Part shown: positions 26,127 to 38,934 of the stretch, one piece after another
How positions within the stretch are numbered: the first letter of the stretch is position 1
Layout of the letters: the number at the start of each line of letters is the position of its first letter
Source: Rhina ancylostomus
Taxonomy: Eukaryota
Assembly: GCA_030265395.1 (NCBI GenBank)
Contig: JARFYF010000104.1
Coordinates: 57,896,858-57,960,857 of the forward strand
Length of the DNA stretch: 64,000 bases
Reading direction: 5' to 3'
Position numbers and translations under genes: made by a program
The notes under the pieces: model-generated
What the model saw: the letters and a program-made list of their open reading frames with translations, nothing else
What the model was told of the DNA's origin: nothing
Databases searched by the model: none

Positions 26127-26642
26127 GTCATAAACGGGAAACAAGTCCTTCCACCCAATTCATCTATGCCAAAATACCTTGCTGAGCTAGAGCCATTTGC
26201 CTGTATTTTGATCATATTCCTCTAAACCTTCCCTATCCATGTACCTGTCCAAATGAGTTTTAAACATTGTAATTGTACCTGCTTCTAGCACCTCTTCTGG
26301 CAGCTCATTCCATATACCCATCACCCTGTGTGTGAAAAACTTGCTTCTCAGGTCCCCTTTAATTCTTTCCCTTCTCACCTTAAACCTATGCCTTCTCAAT
26401 CTTTTCCCTCCTCTACCCTGAGAAAAAGACTGACAATGTATCTTATCTATGCCCCTTATGATTTTATAAACTTCAATAAGGTCATCCCCTCATCCTCTTC
26501 AGTCCCCTGGGACTGAAAACAGTCCCAGCCAATCCAGTCTCTCCTTATAACACAAGTCCTCCAGTCCCAGCAACATTTTTGTGAATCTTTTCAGCACCCT
26601 CTCTAGCTTCATCACATCCTTCCTGTAGTATGGCAACCATAC
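26127..26642 (-). mobile_element. CR1 LINE 3' fragment
   Basis: ORF 26187-26399 (HRFKVRRERIKGDLRSKFFTHRVMGIWNELPEEVLEAGTITMFKTHLDRYM) is the canonical CR1 ORF2 C-terminus. Confidence 0.92.
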
Positions 26643-27359
26643 TTGAAGAGTTGAGGAGAAAGCTAGCAAAAATTAAACTGGGCATATGGTCACAGTCAGG
26701 TGGCAAAGTCTGTTTAACTGCTCAGAATGTTATACATTTTCTCTGGATGTACTAAGAATAGAATTAAAGCTAATGAGCAAAATCAAGATTCTATCATCTG
26801 GATAATCCCCTTACTGTCAAGAACAATTATTAAACTGGAAATGTTTCTGGATTACCTTGGCAGGAAAACCTACTGACTCTCACAGGATCCTTTAATACAC
26901 AAATCGAGTTTTAAATCAATCCACCAACATGCCACATTGATAGGCAGAATAACACTATTGAGCATGCAACTTGCATTGGTAGGGTTCACAGATAATTACT
27001 TGACCTTTCTTCTGTTTGTTGCTGGAAGAGCATACGTTCTCATTTACGCATTCTTCAGAGAAGGGTGATTTTGTAAATATACCCAAAAGCTGGATTTGTG
27101 AACTATTGCCTAGATCTGACATCACTTTATAATCCTTAGCTCCAACCCTTCAGCAATTTGCAGCATTCTAGTCAACAGCAAATCCTTTACATTTCCAATG
27201 AAGTAATAACCTGCTAAGAGAGGATGTTATCATACATTCATTAATTTGGGATGAGCCACTAGACCTTGAAAATTCCTGGGGTTTGGAGTGTTCTCAAAAT
27301 GCAAGTCTGCAGACAAGGCAGCTGATTCACAAAGCACCTGCGCTCTGTTTGCAATGACC

Positions 27360-27530
27360 ACCCCACTACCCCTCTCCTCTTTATACTGGCTATCTTCCCT
27401 CTCCTCTCCAAGTCTTGATTCAGTGCTTTGACTCAAAACATCAACAATTCCTCTTCCTTCCCCTCCTCCCCCCACCCCACCACAGATGCTGCTCGACCCA
27501 CTGAGTTCCTCCAGCAGACTGATGTTCCAC
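27360..27530 (+). mobile_element. Penelope terminal repeat
   Basis: TTTATACTGGCTATCTTCCC...AGTCTTGATTCAGTGCTTTGACTCAAAAC...GATGCTGCTCGACCCACTGAGTTCCTCCAGCAG. Confidence 0.75.
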
Positions 27531-27759
27531 TAAGTTAGTGTCTTCAAGTCACAGCCTGGACTTCACTAATTCTAAAACTGCTGAAGTAATCTAGAACTTC
27601 AGAGATATACAGAGAGATATTTCACAACCACGACCACCACAAATTTCACTGCTGCAAAACAAAATACGGCATTAATTTGTACAAATTGTTCTGAAGCACA
27701 AAGATGCAGAACAGGCATTTTAGGATTAGATCAAATGCCTGTTTTACAACTTGCTAATG

Positions 27760-27935
27760 GAGATACAAGAGACAGCAGATGCTGGAATCTGCAGCAACAA
27801 ACAACCTGCTGAAGGAACTCAGCTGGAGGAACTGATTCCTGATGCAGGGTTTTGACCCAAAATGTCTACAATTACTTTCATCCCACCAATGCTGCTCAGA
27901 CTGCTAAGTTCCTCCAGCAGATTGTTTGTTGCAAC
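27760..27935. mobile_element. Inverted pair of Penelope terminal repeats
   Basis: GCAACAAACAACCTGCTGAAGGAACTCAGC pairs with GCTAAGTTCCTCCAGCAGATTGTTTGTTGC (27/30); central CTGATGCAGGGTTTTGACCCAAAA. Confidence 0.8.
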
Positions 27936-29575
27936 CTTACATTTCAAGTTAGTAAATCTGGAAGTGTGCAATGAGTGCTAAATCTGATCCAATTCACCTG
28001 GATTGGTAAAATATGCTTGATCTATGCTAGCTGAGATTCTATTTCCTTGTAAACATATTGAACAGCTGTGAAGATACTGTACTATCACTGGATTACAATG
28101 AAGCCAAAAAACAGTTTCTGATTTTGGTCTATAATTAACAAAGGTCACCAAATTTCCAAACAACCTTGTAACTTATCAGGAGTCAATCCAAGCATTATCT
28201 TTACAACAAATAGTGACCAGCTGTTAACACGTATTAAAAATCTTACTGACTATCCTCACCTTAAGAAACTGACATCAAAGTCAGTTGAATTTGAACTCAA
28301 GCCTTTGAAGTACAGGATAGTGTTAATTCAGTGCCTCTTCTGAACTCAAAATATAAATTCACTTTCAGTTTGCATTCCTTATATTAAACATAAGCATTAA
28401 ATAAAATTGTGTGTTAGCAGTATCAAATTGCACAAAATGAATAACTGTGGTAGTGCATTAAAATTTGGAGGTGTCATTCGTTCATCTCTATCCTTTTGCC
28501 TCTGCTTTTATTTGTTGCTGGGATTTAGTTTTGTCAGTTTATTGCTTTGGTTCTTCCCTAAAATGTTCCTAATCCCATTGATTTACTGAATAGGATCAAA
28601 GATAAATTATAAGAGCCTTTTTTCCTAGTAATAACCTTGGAACATAGCCCAATCTGATAAGAATCTGTCTGCTCCAAGGAGTAAGAAATTTTTTTGGCTA
28701 ATATTGTTTGCAGGACAGATTTAGTCAGTATTTGAATTGATTTATGACATTTGCTTTCTTAACCATAGATTAACCTCAAAACGAATGCCACACCAGAAGT
28801 CCAATTTAAATTTTATTGACTTCAGTGTTCATAAACAGCATTATCATTTTAAAATACAACAGAAAACAAAACAGATTGAGGAATTTCAATGGTCATTTTT
28901 TTAAAATGTATGATAGAAGGTTGCATGACAAATATCTGCAAGTAGTTTGTCAATTTTCTTGTTTCATTGGCAGGAATGACTACCTGTGAAACTAGATTAA
29001 TGAAAGTAATCAATTATCAATTAGCAGATACACATCACAGGCCTCAACCAATTGGCAGGATGGTTATCAAAAAAAATCAATCTCCATTTTATCAAAATAG
29101 ATACAACTATACCATATCTTGCTTTTTTTCCTCTCATTTTCACCCAGTTTCTTAGTGGGCATGTTCAATTCCCTAGCACAATGAAAGGCATTAGGTGTCA
29201 ATTGTACAACAACATTTTTCTTCTCTCAGAAGTGTTGCAAAAAGCAGAATTCTCCCTTTATTACAGCACATTTCCAACAAAATAATGGAAAACTTTTCAA
29301 GAAAAATTGCTAATTATAGCATCGAAAGGAATGCCATAATGTCTTGGCCACATGTTCTTCTTAGTTACCTGAGCCACCTTGTGTTTGTTAAAGACCAACT
29401 CCAGATATTTTAACTCAAAAGTTTAGACCCAAAATCCAGTGCAGCGCTGAAGGAGTGCTGCACTATTAGAGACACTGTCTTTCAATTAAAACATCATTTA
29501 TATTTAATTTACTGCATTTTATTTGCACTGTGTGCTACAAACTTCAGAAGCTGCACTTAGGTAGGATGGGCAAGC

Positions 29576-29668
29576 GAGTGAGGGAGATTGGGAGGGAGGG
29601 TGAGTGAGTGAGGGAGATTGGGAGGGTGAGTGAGTGAGGGAGATTGGGAGGGTGAGTGAGGGAGTTGG
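29576..29668 (+). repeat. G-rich minisatellite, ~26-bp unit, ~3.5 copies
   Basis: Unit GAGTGAGGGAGATTGGGAGGGTGAGT. Confidence 0.9.
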
Positions 29669-29743
29669 ATGGCCATCATCTGCTTTTCCCTCAGTCATCT
29701 TTGTGGTTTCTGATTTTGGATCACTGGAACACCCCTGGAATTT

Positions 29744-30712
29744 CATAGAACATAGAAAACCTACAGCACAATTCAGACCCTTCGGCCCACAAAGCTGTGC
29801 CAAACATGTCCCTACACTAAAAATTACTAGGCTTACCTATAGCTCTCTATTCTACTCAGCTCCACGTGCCTGTCTAACAGTCTCTTANNNNNNNNNNNNN
29901 NNNNNNNNNNNNNNNNNNNNNNNNNNNNNNNNNNNNNNNNNNNNNNNNNNNNNNNNNNNNNNNNNNNNNNNNNNNNNNNNNNNNNNNAAATTCAATCAGG
30001 CTTGTAAGGCAGGACCTGCCCTTGACAAAGCCATGCTGACTATTCCTAATCATATTGTACCTCTCCAAATGTTCATATAAATCCTGCTTCTCAGGATCTT
30101 CTCCATCAGCTTACCAACCACCGAGGTAAGACTCACTGGTCTATAATTCCCTGGGCTATCCCTACTCCCCTTCTTGAACAAGGGAACAACATCCGCAACC
30201 CTCCCATCTTCCAGAACCTCTCCTGTCTCCATCGGTGAAGCAAAGATCATCGTCAGAGTCTCCGCAATCTCCTCCCTCGCCTCCCACAGCAGCCTGGGGG
30301 TACATCTCATCTGGTCCTGGCGACTTATCCAACTTGATGCTTTCCAAAAGTTTCAGCACCTCCTCTTTCCTAATATCAACATGTTCAAGCTTTTCAGCCC
30401 GTTGCAAATCCCCACTGCAATCCCCCAGATCTTTTTCCATAGTGAATACGACGTAAATTATCCATTAAGTACCTCAGCTATTTCTTCCGGATCCATACAC
30501 ACTTTCCCACGGCTGCACTTTCCCACTGCTATTCTTTCGCATCTTATTCTCTTGCTGTTCACATACTTATAGAATGCCTTGGGGTTCTCCTTAATCCTGC
30601 CCGCTAAAGCCTTCTCATGTCCCCTTCTGGTTTTCCTAATCTCCTTCTTAAGCTCCTTCCTTTTAGCTTTATACTCTTCCAGATCTCTAACATTACCCAG
30701 CTCTCTGTATCT
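29744..30712 (-). mobile_element. Relatively young CR1 LINE (3' end, gap, then N-terminal RT region of ORF2, frameshifted)
   Basis: CATAGAACATAGAA tail; ORFs DKSPGPDEMYP, VVPLFKKGSRDSPGNYRPVSLTSVVGKLMEKIL and SQHGFVKGRSCLTSLIEF. Confidence 0.95.
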
Positions 30713-31049
30713 CCAAGATAGGTTTTTCCACTTTAATGGAGTTACTGCAGCTTTAAGTGACCAGCCTTTAATGACTACTATGTCAATACTTATAAAATAT
30801 TCTAATGCTAAGAGTTATCAGTCAACTGACGTCCTACGTCAGTTGTTTCAACATGCCCTGTCTGGAACTTTCACTAGATTCCAGATGTACCTTGAGCACT
30901 GCCACCTCCGAGCACTCCCACTGCTTTTTATGTTGCCAGACCGCCAGCCTGTGTGAGGCAAATTTCTTCACACTGAACACTAGGAAGACAGGCCATATTC
31001 TTTATCTTCACTCCTAACTCTGTGTCCTAACCACTGGTTCCATCATTCC

Positions 31050-31480
31050 CCTGCCCACAGTCCTATGCTATTTGCAGTCTCTGCATCCCATTTGATGCCA
31101 AGATTCTATATCCTAACCTCCAAGAAGTCCTTCTAACCCATCGCCCCTGTTTCAATGGACTACAATGGCTCCTGGCCCATGTCCTCTAATTCCATTTTTC
31201 ACCTCTGTTCCCCCACCTCAGTTTACAAATGCTTATCTTCAATCTAGACTGTCATCATTCCTTATCTCCTTCAGCCCCAAAATCTTCTGAGAACTCAGCC
31301 CTTTCGAGCAGTCATCCTCAACACCTCCCTCCGCAACCCCCCCCCATTTGTCTAACCATTAATGGCTACGACTTCAGCCATCTAGATGCTAAATAATGGA
31401 ATTCCATCTGTAAATCTATTTCTGTTTCCTCCTGTAAGTCTGTGCACATCAGATTTTTGGCCAGCCTTCCTAATATCTCT
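31050..31480 (+). mobile_element. Degenerate L2-clade LINE 3' region
   Basis: CCCATCGCCCCTG...CTACAATGGCTCCTGG (ITPVL..LHWLP-like) and TTCAGCCATCTAG...TGGAATTCC (AFS...WNSLP-like). Confidence 0.6.
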
Positions 31481-32929
31481 NNNNNNNNNNNNNNNNNNNN
31501 NNNNNNNNNNNNNNNNNNNNNNNNNNNNNNNNNNNNNNNNNNNNNNNNNNNNNNNNNNNNNNNNNNNNNNNNNNNNNNNNCATATTTTTGGCCAGCCTTC
31601 CTAATATCTCTTGCTAGGCCTAATAACTTCTGCCTTCCAGGAATTCTACTGCATTTTTCAATGCTTAAGCACTTTGTGTTAAAGCTAATACTAGTCATTT
31701 GCAAGAATGATGAAAACAACTACCATCTGATCTTACTGGCCAATATAAAATTCCCGTAGCTTCACCATGTTAGTGATGTATAAAAACAGCAATCATCTCC
31801 TTCCACCCTCCATAACCAAATAATCCACCAACAGTTACATCTCACACTTGTACCCATACAGCATTAACTTCAAATATTCTGGTTTTGCCTGCTCAATTAT
31901 TGATACGCTTCAAATACTTGAAACTAATAGGAGGCATTATTGAGACTGACTTTGGACCCAAGCCAAACTGACATCCCCCGTTGAAATTATGGACAGTCTC
32001 TGAAGCTGCCTGGGTTAATGACTGTACATCCACTGTTATTAGTGCTGCTTATTTTTAATTGAATAATTGTCCAAGCACAACTAGTGTTGGTTAGCAAAGA
32101 TGCACAGTTTTATAGCATACATGTACGAATCTCTAGATTAAAAGCAAGATCCAAATGGCGACTTTTGGAGGCATCAATAACTGACATTATCATTTTAATT
32201 CTCCCAAATCATTTTCTTACAATAAAGCTTCCTTGAGTTCATTAAGAATGTCTGCCTTTTGCCAAGTTAGTTTGTGCCATTTTGGGACAAGTCAAATCAA
32301 AGCAGCCTGTCCATTTATTGCACTTCAGTAACTTTCATTTTGAAAATGATTCCTTTATTAGTTTTTTTAAAATCCATTCCATGTTGTCTTTATGATAGGA
32401 AGGAAAAAGAATAATTCTCCAATTATCCTCCCAGGATTGAAAGTCACTATTTACCCTCCTGTATGTTTAGTGCCCGTTTTAATCAATGCAACCTTCCTTT
32501 CTTTCATCTTTGATGCAGGAGACTGCTAGCTTTTAAAACACATTATTGCTGCTGACATTTCTAAATATTAATTAATGAGCAGGCATGATTTATACATTGT
32601 CCATTATTAGGATCAATATCTATTATAAATAGTCCAGTGAACACCCCAGTCCTGAAGACAATAGATTGCTTCTTTCTACATAAATAAACAACTCAAGGCC
32701 AGATGGTTGCAATGTTTGTTCCCACCTGGGAAATCAGAGCACATGAGCTCCCCTGTACTTCTGAATACAAAAGTACCTTTAAATCTTAATAATAATAAAA
32801 CCAGTTGGTCAGACAATAAAGCTATATAGATAACACTACTTTAAGAGACTGTCATTGGCCAAAAATACAAGCTGTTGAAGATTAGAGACATCTATTCAAA
32901 TACATCACTTCATGAAACAACATGGTGTT

Positions 32930-33110
32930 TGTTTTTATTTGTTCAAGGAATGTAGACATCACTGGTAACATCAGCATCCTTATTTACCACTGGACTAAAT
33001 AGGTAGGAAGAGTCAAATATATTGGTGGATCTGGAGTCACATACAGGGCACACTGGGCAAGGACACCAGATTTTCTTCCCTGAAGAACATTAGTGAACCA
33101 CGTGGATTTT
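32930..33110 (-). mobile_element. SlmI/MetaSINE-like SINE with CR1-like tail
   Basis: GGATCTGGAGTCACATACAGG...GATTTTCTTCCCTGAAGAACATTAGTGAACCA is the reverse complement of the core at 23240-23305; a Penelope-repeat piece follows at 33110-33170. Confidence 0.7.
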
Positions 33111-34139
33111 GAGTTCCTCTAGCAATTTGATTTTTGCTCCAGATTCCAGCTTCTGCAGTCTCGTGTCTCTGGTAGTTTCACTGTTATTGTTACTCAGATT
33201 TGCCTTTTTTTTTAATATAAGTTACAGATCGATTCCACTGGGTGGCACTCCAGCTAGATTCAGCCACTTGTAAGATCTGGGCTGTTAAAGTGACCAGTTG
33301 TTCAAGTGGATTTCCGTGGCACCTTTGAATGAATGGAAACAGCTGCATTTTCAGGGGTGGCCATATGAGGTGAATGCCCCAGCCTTGTCCTTATAAGTGC
33401 ATGAACTGAAAAAAGTGGGTACTGGCAGTTGGGGAGAGGATGGTTTGCAGAGATTATACTCGACCTTCAGTCAGGAACTGTCTTGGCATCGGCATCTATG
33501 TCACATTGGTGAAGAATGGAGCCCACCTAGACGTCCAGGCTGGTATTTGGGCATGGGTACCCAAAGATCAGATAACACCCACAACCACACACACATTGCC
33601 CCATCCCTGCCACTCATCAGCCAGCCACTTTCACTGGCAGTTCCAGCAAACAGTGAGGGACAAAGATGTTCCCTCAAATTACCCAAGGTCCATTATCAAA
33701 ATGCCCCTGCCACTTACCCTTCACCATTCCCCAAACTCCAGAGCCTCTGCAGAGCACTGTAACAACAAATATTGCCATGAGATTGCAAGATCACAAACCT
33801 TACTTATGCAAATAGGTTGGTCTTTATCCAATTATAATTTATAACATGTTGTTATCTTAGGGATGAAGTAGTAGTCATCTGACATGATTTACCAGCTGCC
33901 TGCAGTCTTTCAAGTTCAGAGTGGTTAAGATATGGAAAACCATTTACAATTACATAAGCTGGACAAGAGCCAAATCAAAGGGAGGTTTACAATGAATATC
34001 TTCCCTTCACATTTATGAAAAAATGGCAATGTCATTTTTTTAAAGAAGGAAATGCTGTCTCCAGGTACACAAAACTGAGAATGTTAGCATTATTCACTCA
34101 GTCAATACAAAGCAAGAACATTGGAATTAAGTGCTGGAG

Positions 34140-34330
34140 TAGGGCCTTGAACCTGCTCCACCATTCAAAATAATGGTGACATGATCTTGCATTCAGCTCC
34201 ACTTTTCTGACCATTCCCCAAATTCCTCAACTTCCCAATAGACCAAAAATCTGCCCATCTTTGTTTTGAATATATTTCTGGATTCAGAGGTCTGAAAAGC
34301 ATTTGATCCATACCCATATCTACAGGGTAA
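34140..34330 (-). mobile_element. Degenerate CR1 3' end
   Basis: AGTAGGGCC...ACCTGCTCCACCATTCAA...TGATCT terminus type. Confidence 0.6.
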
Positions 34331-35464
34331 CCAACTCTTGCATTTCTCCATATTCCATCAATAGATATTCCATTATTTCTCTTAGTACAACACACAGTGA
34401 AGGCTGGGGCCATTCAAAGGCACTTTGAAAATGGAGATAATCAAATAAATACTCACAGAGACAGGTCAAATACAACACTTGTCCCCAGCAATATAGTTTG
34501 AATCAAGGTCAAGTATATATCATGACTAGAAAAATCAATCAGAAGCTCTCTGAAATTGTGCTGAACTCTAATCCATGGATNNNNNNNNNNNNNNNNNNNN
34601 NNNNNNNNNNNNNNNNNNNNNNNNNNNNNNNNNNNNNNNNNNNNNNNNNNNNNNNNNNNNNNNNNNNNNNNNNNNNNNNNCAATCAGAAGCTCTCTGAAA
34701 TTGTGCTGAAATCTAATCCATGGATTCGGATAGAAAACAGAGCAGCTGCTTAATTTTCACACTGTACTTAAAAACTGCTTTCAAACAAATCATGGTTAAC
34801 TAGATTGGATATGAAAAATGTCTCAAAAGTGAGTGGAAGCACAGTTCCTTTGAATGTTCCCATTAGCACTCAGGACTTAATGAGAAATAGAAAAGGTGAG
34901 GAGAAAAGCATGTGTGTATGCACGAATGAGAGTGAGAAAGGAGAGGTGTAGAAAGAGAGTAGGTAAGAGCAAGAACAAGCAAATTTGTTTTTAATGACAT
35001 CTTTACATGAAGTACCACAGAAGACATCAAACATGCTTGTGCTAAGATCAAAAGAAATTAATTTTCCCTCAATGGTGTTTGCCTCATTGAGCCCTTTAAT
35101 TCTAACAGTACATGAAATTTGCACTGACGTAGACTCCCAGTTAACATCGTTATACACATTAAAGACAGACCTCTGAGAAGATCGAATGGACAGTTCTGTG
35201 ACTCTCTGGATTTAAGACTGAAAGAATATTACATTGCGTGTACAGCCGTTCAATCAACCAGTCTTTGTTCATGCTTATGCTCAATTCGCCTCCCCATCCT
35301 TCATCTATCTTGCAGTATAATCCTGTATTTCCTTCTCCTTAATGTTCTTATACTATTCACTTCCATCACTGGGTTCCATATTATCACCGATCTCTGGGTA
35401 AAGAAGTTACTAATACATTCCTTGTTTGATTTCTAGCTCACTATCTTACCTTGTTTATTATATA

Positions 35465-36400
35465 TTCATTTTACAAGATGTGGGTATTGCTGGCATGACC
35501 AGCACTTAACATCCACCACATAATCGCTATCAGTAATGTGTTAGCAAAGCACGCTCTTGAACCGCAGTTGCCCTTCCGACAAAAGGTGCTCTCAACATGT
35601 TTTGGGGGTGGCGGGGGGCCACAGGAAACCAGATTTAAACCCAGTATCAAAGGAACAGCAATATATTGATGTCGGGTTGGTGTGTGGTTTGAAGGGGCAC
35701 CTGCAGGTGGTGGATAGTGCCTGCCGCCATGCTCTCTTCTGGCCTAGAGGTGACGGGTTGCTAAGGTGCTGTCCGAAGTAGCCTGAGATTAACTGCAGGG
35801 CAATCTGTGGATTGCACACTGTACCCAGTGGGTGGTGGAGAAGGAAATTAATGTTTAAGGTGGTGGATGGTTTGTCAATTAACTGGACTGTTTTGTGTTG
35901 CCGGCGTTGAGATTCTTGAGACTTGTTGGCTCTGCATTCTACAAGGTAAGCAGACAGGGTTTCAAGTTAATCCTGACTTGCATTTTGTTGATGGTGTAGA
36001 AACTTTGGATGCCAGGAGGTGGTGAGTCACTGAAGCAGGATACCTGACCTGCGCTTGAACCCATGGTATTTATGTGGATAATCCATGTGAGTTTCTCTCC
36101 AATAGTAAAATCCCACAATGTTGACGGCAGGGTACATGGATATGGTAAGCAAATTGAATGTTAGAGGTAGGTGGTATCACCTTTCTTGTTATAAAAACAG
36201 AAAATGGTGGAAACAGTCAGCAGATCAGGCAACGTCTGTGGAAAAAGCAGTTAATGTTTCTGGTCTGGGACTCCTTGTTAGAACTGGGAAAGATGAAGTT
36301 CTGATGAAGGGTCCCAAGCCTCTAGAACTTTGCTCTTTGGTTCACATTTGGACAAGGGATGTGATGAGATCTGGGGCCAAGAAGTCCACCTTGTCCTTAG
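35465..36400 (-). mobile_element. Degenerate CR1-clade LINE (second family), interrupted by an inverted Penelope repeat pair at ~36190-36320
   Basis: Colinear with 18630-19300 (GATGTGGGTATTGCTGGC, TCCTGACTTGC). Confidence 0.7.
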
Positions 36401-36789
36401 TGCTCACGTGTTGGGCTCGGCTGCCACTGAGAATGGGATTGTTCTTGGAGTCTTCACTTCCCATTAGATACCTAACTGCTCTCCACTATTTGGGATTAAA
36501 TGATGGCAGAACTAAATGACTTTGTGGGGTCACTCAGCTCTCTTTATTGCATGTTGCTTTTGCTCTATAGTACATACGTGGTCCAGTCTTACTGCTTCCA
36601 CAGACAGAAATTTTCACTACTCACTTAAAAACTTTCATAATTGTGAAGGCCCCTCTTAAGTCACCCTTTAGCTTTCATATTTCCAGAAGTAAAAAGGCCT
36701 GGCCTTTCAACCTTTTATACAAAGAATGTCATTGTAGTTCTGGTATTAAACTTATGTTTTTTCTGTACATTCTTAAACGCTTCTACATA

Positions 36790-36994
36790 TAGTCATCCAC
36801 AGGTTACGGCAGAGTTCTGTTCCTGTGAATTGTTCGTAACCCAAATAGTTTACAAGTCAAAAATGCAACTGCGAGCCAAGCTAGGTGGCAGAAGATGCCA
36901 GCAGCCCCAGAACAGCTGGCAAATACATGCTCCCAGTCTCCCAAACGTTCATTTGTATGTACGAGTCAGGCGTTCATAAGCTGCGGAGGACCTG
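36790..36994. mobile_element. Tigger/pogo-like (Tc1/mariner) MITE
   Basis: Imperfect TIRs TAGTCATCCACAGGTTACG versus reverse complement CAGGTCCTCCGCAGCTTATG; TA on the left, CA (decayed TA?) on the right; appears inserted into a CR1 relic (36620-37170). Confidence 0.6.
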
Positions 36995-38050
36995 CACTTG
37001 CTATAATAATGTTTTACATCATACTCCACCTATGATCTGACCACAGTGCATGTTCAGCATAGCCTTACCACTTGCAATTCCATCTATCTAGATGTGAACC
37101 AGTTCTTGATTTGCTTTTACTCTTTTACCTTAACCTGTGTCACTACTCTTTAGAAATCTGTGCACGTAGATCTCCTCTACTCATTTAACTTCAATATCAA
37201 TCTAACATTAATATATTTATTTGTCTCAGTCTGTTTGTGATGACCTTTGTCTTTTCTTATGGCCTTTGGCGATTGTTAATGAGCTAAGGAGAAGGAAAAT
37301 CAGCTAACATTGCCATTTCTAATCAACATCCAGTGGACCATGCTTGCTCGTGCACCTTTGGGTTTGTCTGGAATATGCTTTCAAGATGAGTCCATCTGTA
37401 GTCTCATCTGGGGCCACACAACAGAACTGACTACTTGGACAACATTCAGCTATGAAAGCTGGCTTGAAACATAAATTGTTCTTGCTGGGAGTTTACTCTT
37501 CATATCCACTTTTCTTTGAGCAGGGAGAAGAAACCATCTAACCTTTTCTGTCATTGAGGCCCATTGATGTTAATAGATTTCCAGTGATAGCTGTGGTGTA
37601 CAGTGAATCAATCTGCACATCCTTTATTTAGAGGCAGCATCAATTTTTTTTAAAAAAAGGATGCATGGCTAAACACAGTAACAAAAAATAACTCTATGCT
37701 TGGCAGGATGTTCCCTGATTCAAATCCAAACCAGAAGTACACAATAAGTGCACTAATGCATTAATTGTTTTACAGACAGTGTTGCGAATGCTTTCATCAG
37801 CATTTGTTTACATAGCATTTCCAATGGAACAAAAATGTCCCGTGTTTCAAACCATTGTTAGCTACCAAACAAAAGTAATATCAACACTGAGCTATCAACA
37901 GGGAGATAAAGAAAAATGATACAAGATGAACAGGAATTAACACTGGGGATGCTCACAGAAGCTGGAGTCAGAGAAGTGAAGATATGTTGGAGGGTTTTGG
38001 CATTGCTAGAATTAAGTTAGAAAGTGACAAGGTCATGAAAGGGTTTGAAG

Positions 38051-38587
38051 TCAGAATCAGAATCAGGTTTATTATCACTGACATATGACGTGAAATGTGT
38101 TGTTCTGCAGCAGCAGTACAGTTCAAAGATAAAAAGATTACTATAAATTACAAAGTAAATGGATAGTGCAAATAAAAGATTTATGAGGTAGTGTTCATGG
38201 GCCATTCAGAAATCTGACGGCAGAGGGAAAGAAGTTGTTCCTAAATCATTGAGTGTGGGTCTTCAGGCTCCTGTACCTCCTCCCCAATGGTAGTAATGAG
38301 AAGAGGCATGTCCTGGATGGAGAAAGTCCTTAGTGATGGATGTCATTTTCTTGAGGCACCGCCTCTTGAAGATATCCTCGATGGCGGGAATGGAGCTGGC
38401 TGGATCTACAACTCTCTGCAGCCTCTTGCAATCCTGTGCATTGAAGCCTCCATACTAGGCTGTGATGCAACCAGAATGCTCTCCACCATACATCTATAGA
38501 CATTTGCAAGAGTCTTTGGTGACATAACAAATCTCCTCAAACTCCTAACAAAGTAGAGCCGCGGGTGTGCCATCTTTGTGATTGCAA
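38051..38587 (-). mobile_element. 5'-truncated Rex1/Babar element with a long TSD
   Basis: Tail (TCAGAA)n; similar to 38935-39470; 26-bp direct repeat at 38028-38053 and 38585-38610. Confidence 0.93.
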
Positions 38588-38934
38588 GGTCATGAAAAGG
38601 TTTGAAGTCATTACATTCTAACTTTGACTAGACATTTTAAGCTTCTTTAGAAATAAAAACATTTTTCAAGAATTATGACAGATAACTAANNNNNNNNNNN
38701 NNNNNNNNNNNNNNNNNNNNNNNNNNNNNNNNNNNNNNNNNNNNNNNNNNNNNNNNNNNNNNNNNNNNNNNNNNNNNNNNNNNNNNNNNAACAAATTTTA
38801 ATGTGTACTGAAATTGAGTAATTTATGTGGGGAAATTGTTGTTTACTTTTTGCGTAGAGATTTTGTAAATAGAAAGCATTTTGCTAAATTTGGGATGAAG
38901 TCTATATCTTGTCTGATTCACAATACATTATAAG

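Noticed and set aside
27710-27743. 11-bp perfect hairpin AACAGGCATTT/AAATGCCTGTT
   Set aside because: Too short for a pre-miRNA and no other support; bacterial terminator logic does not apply.
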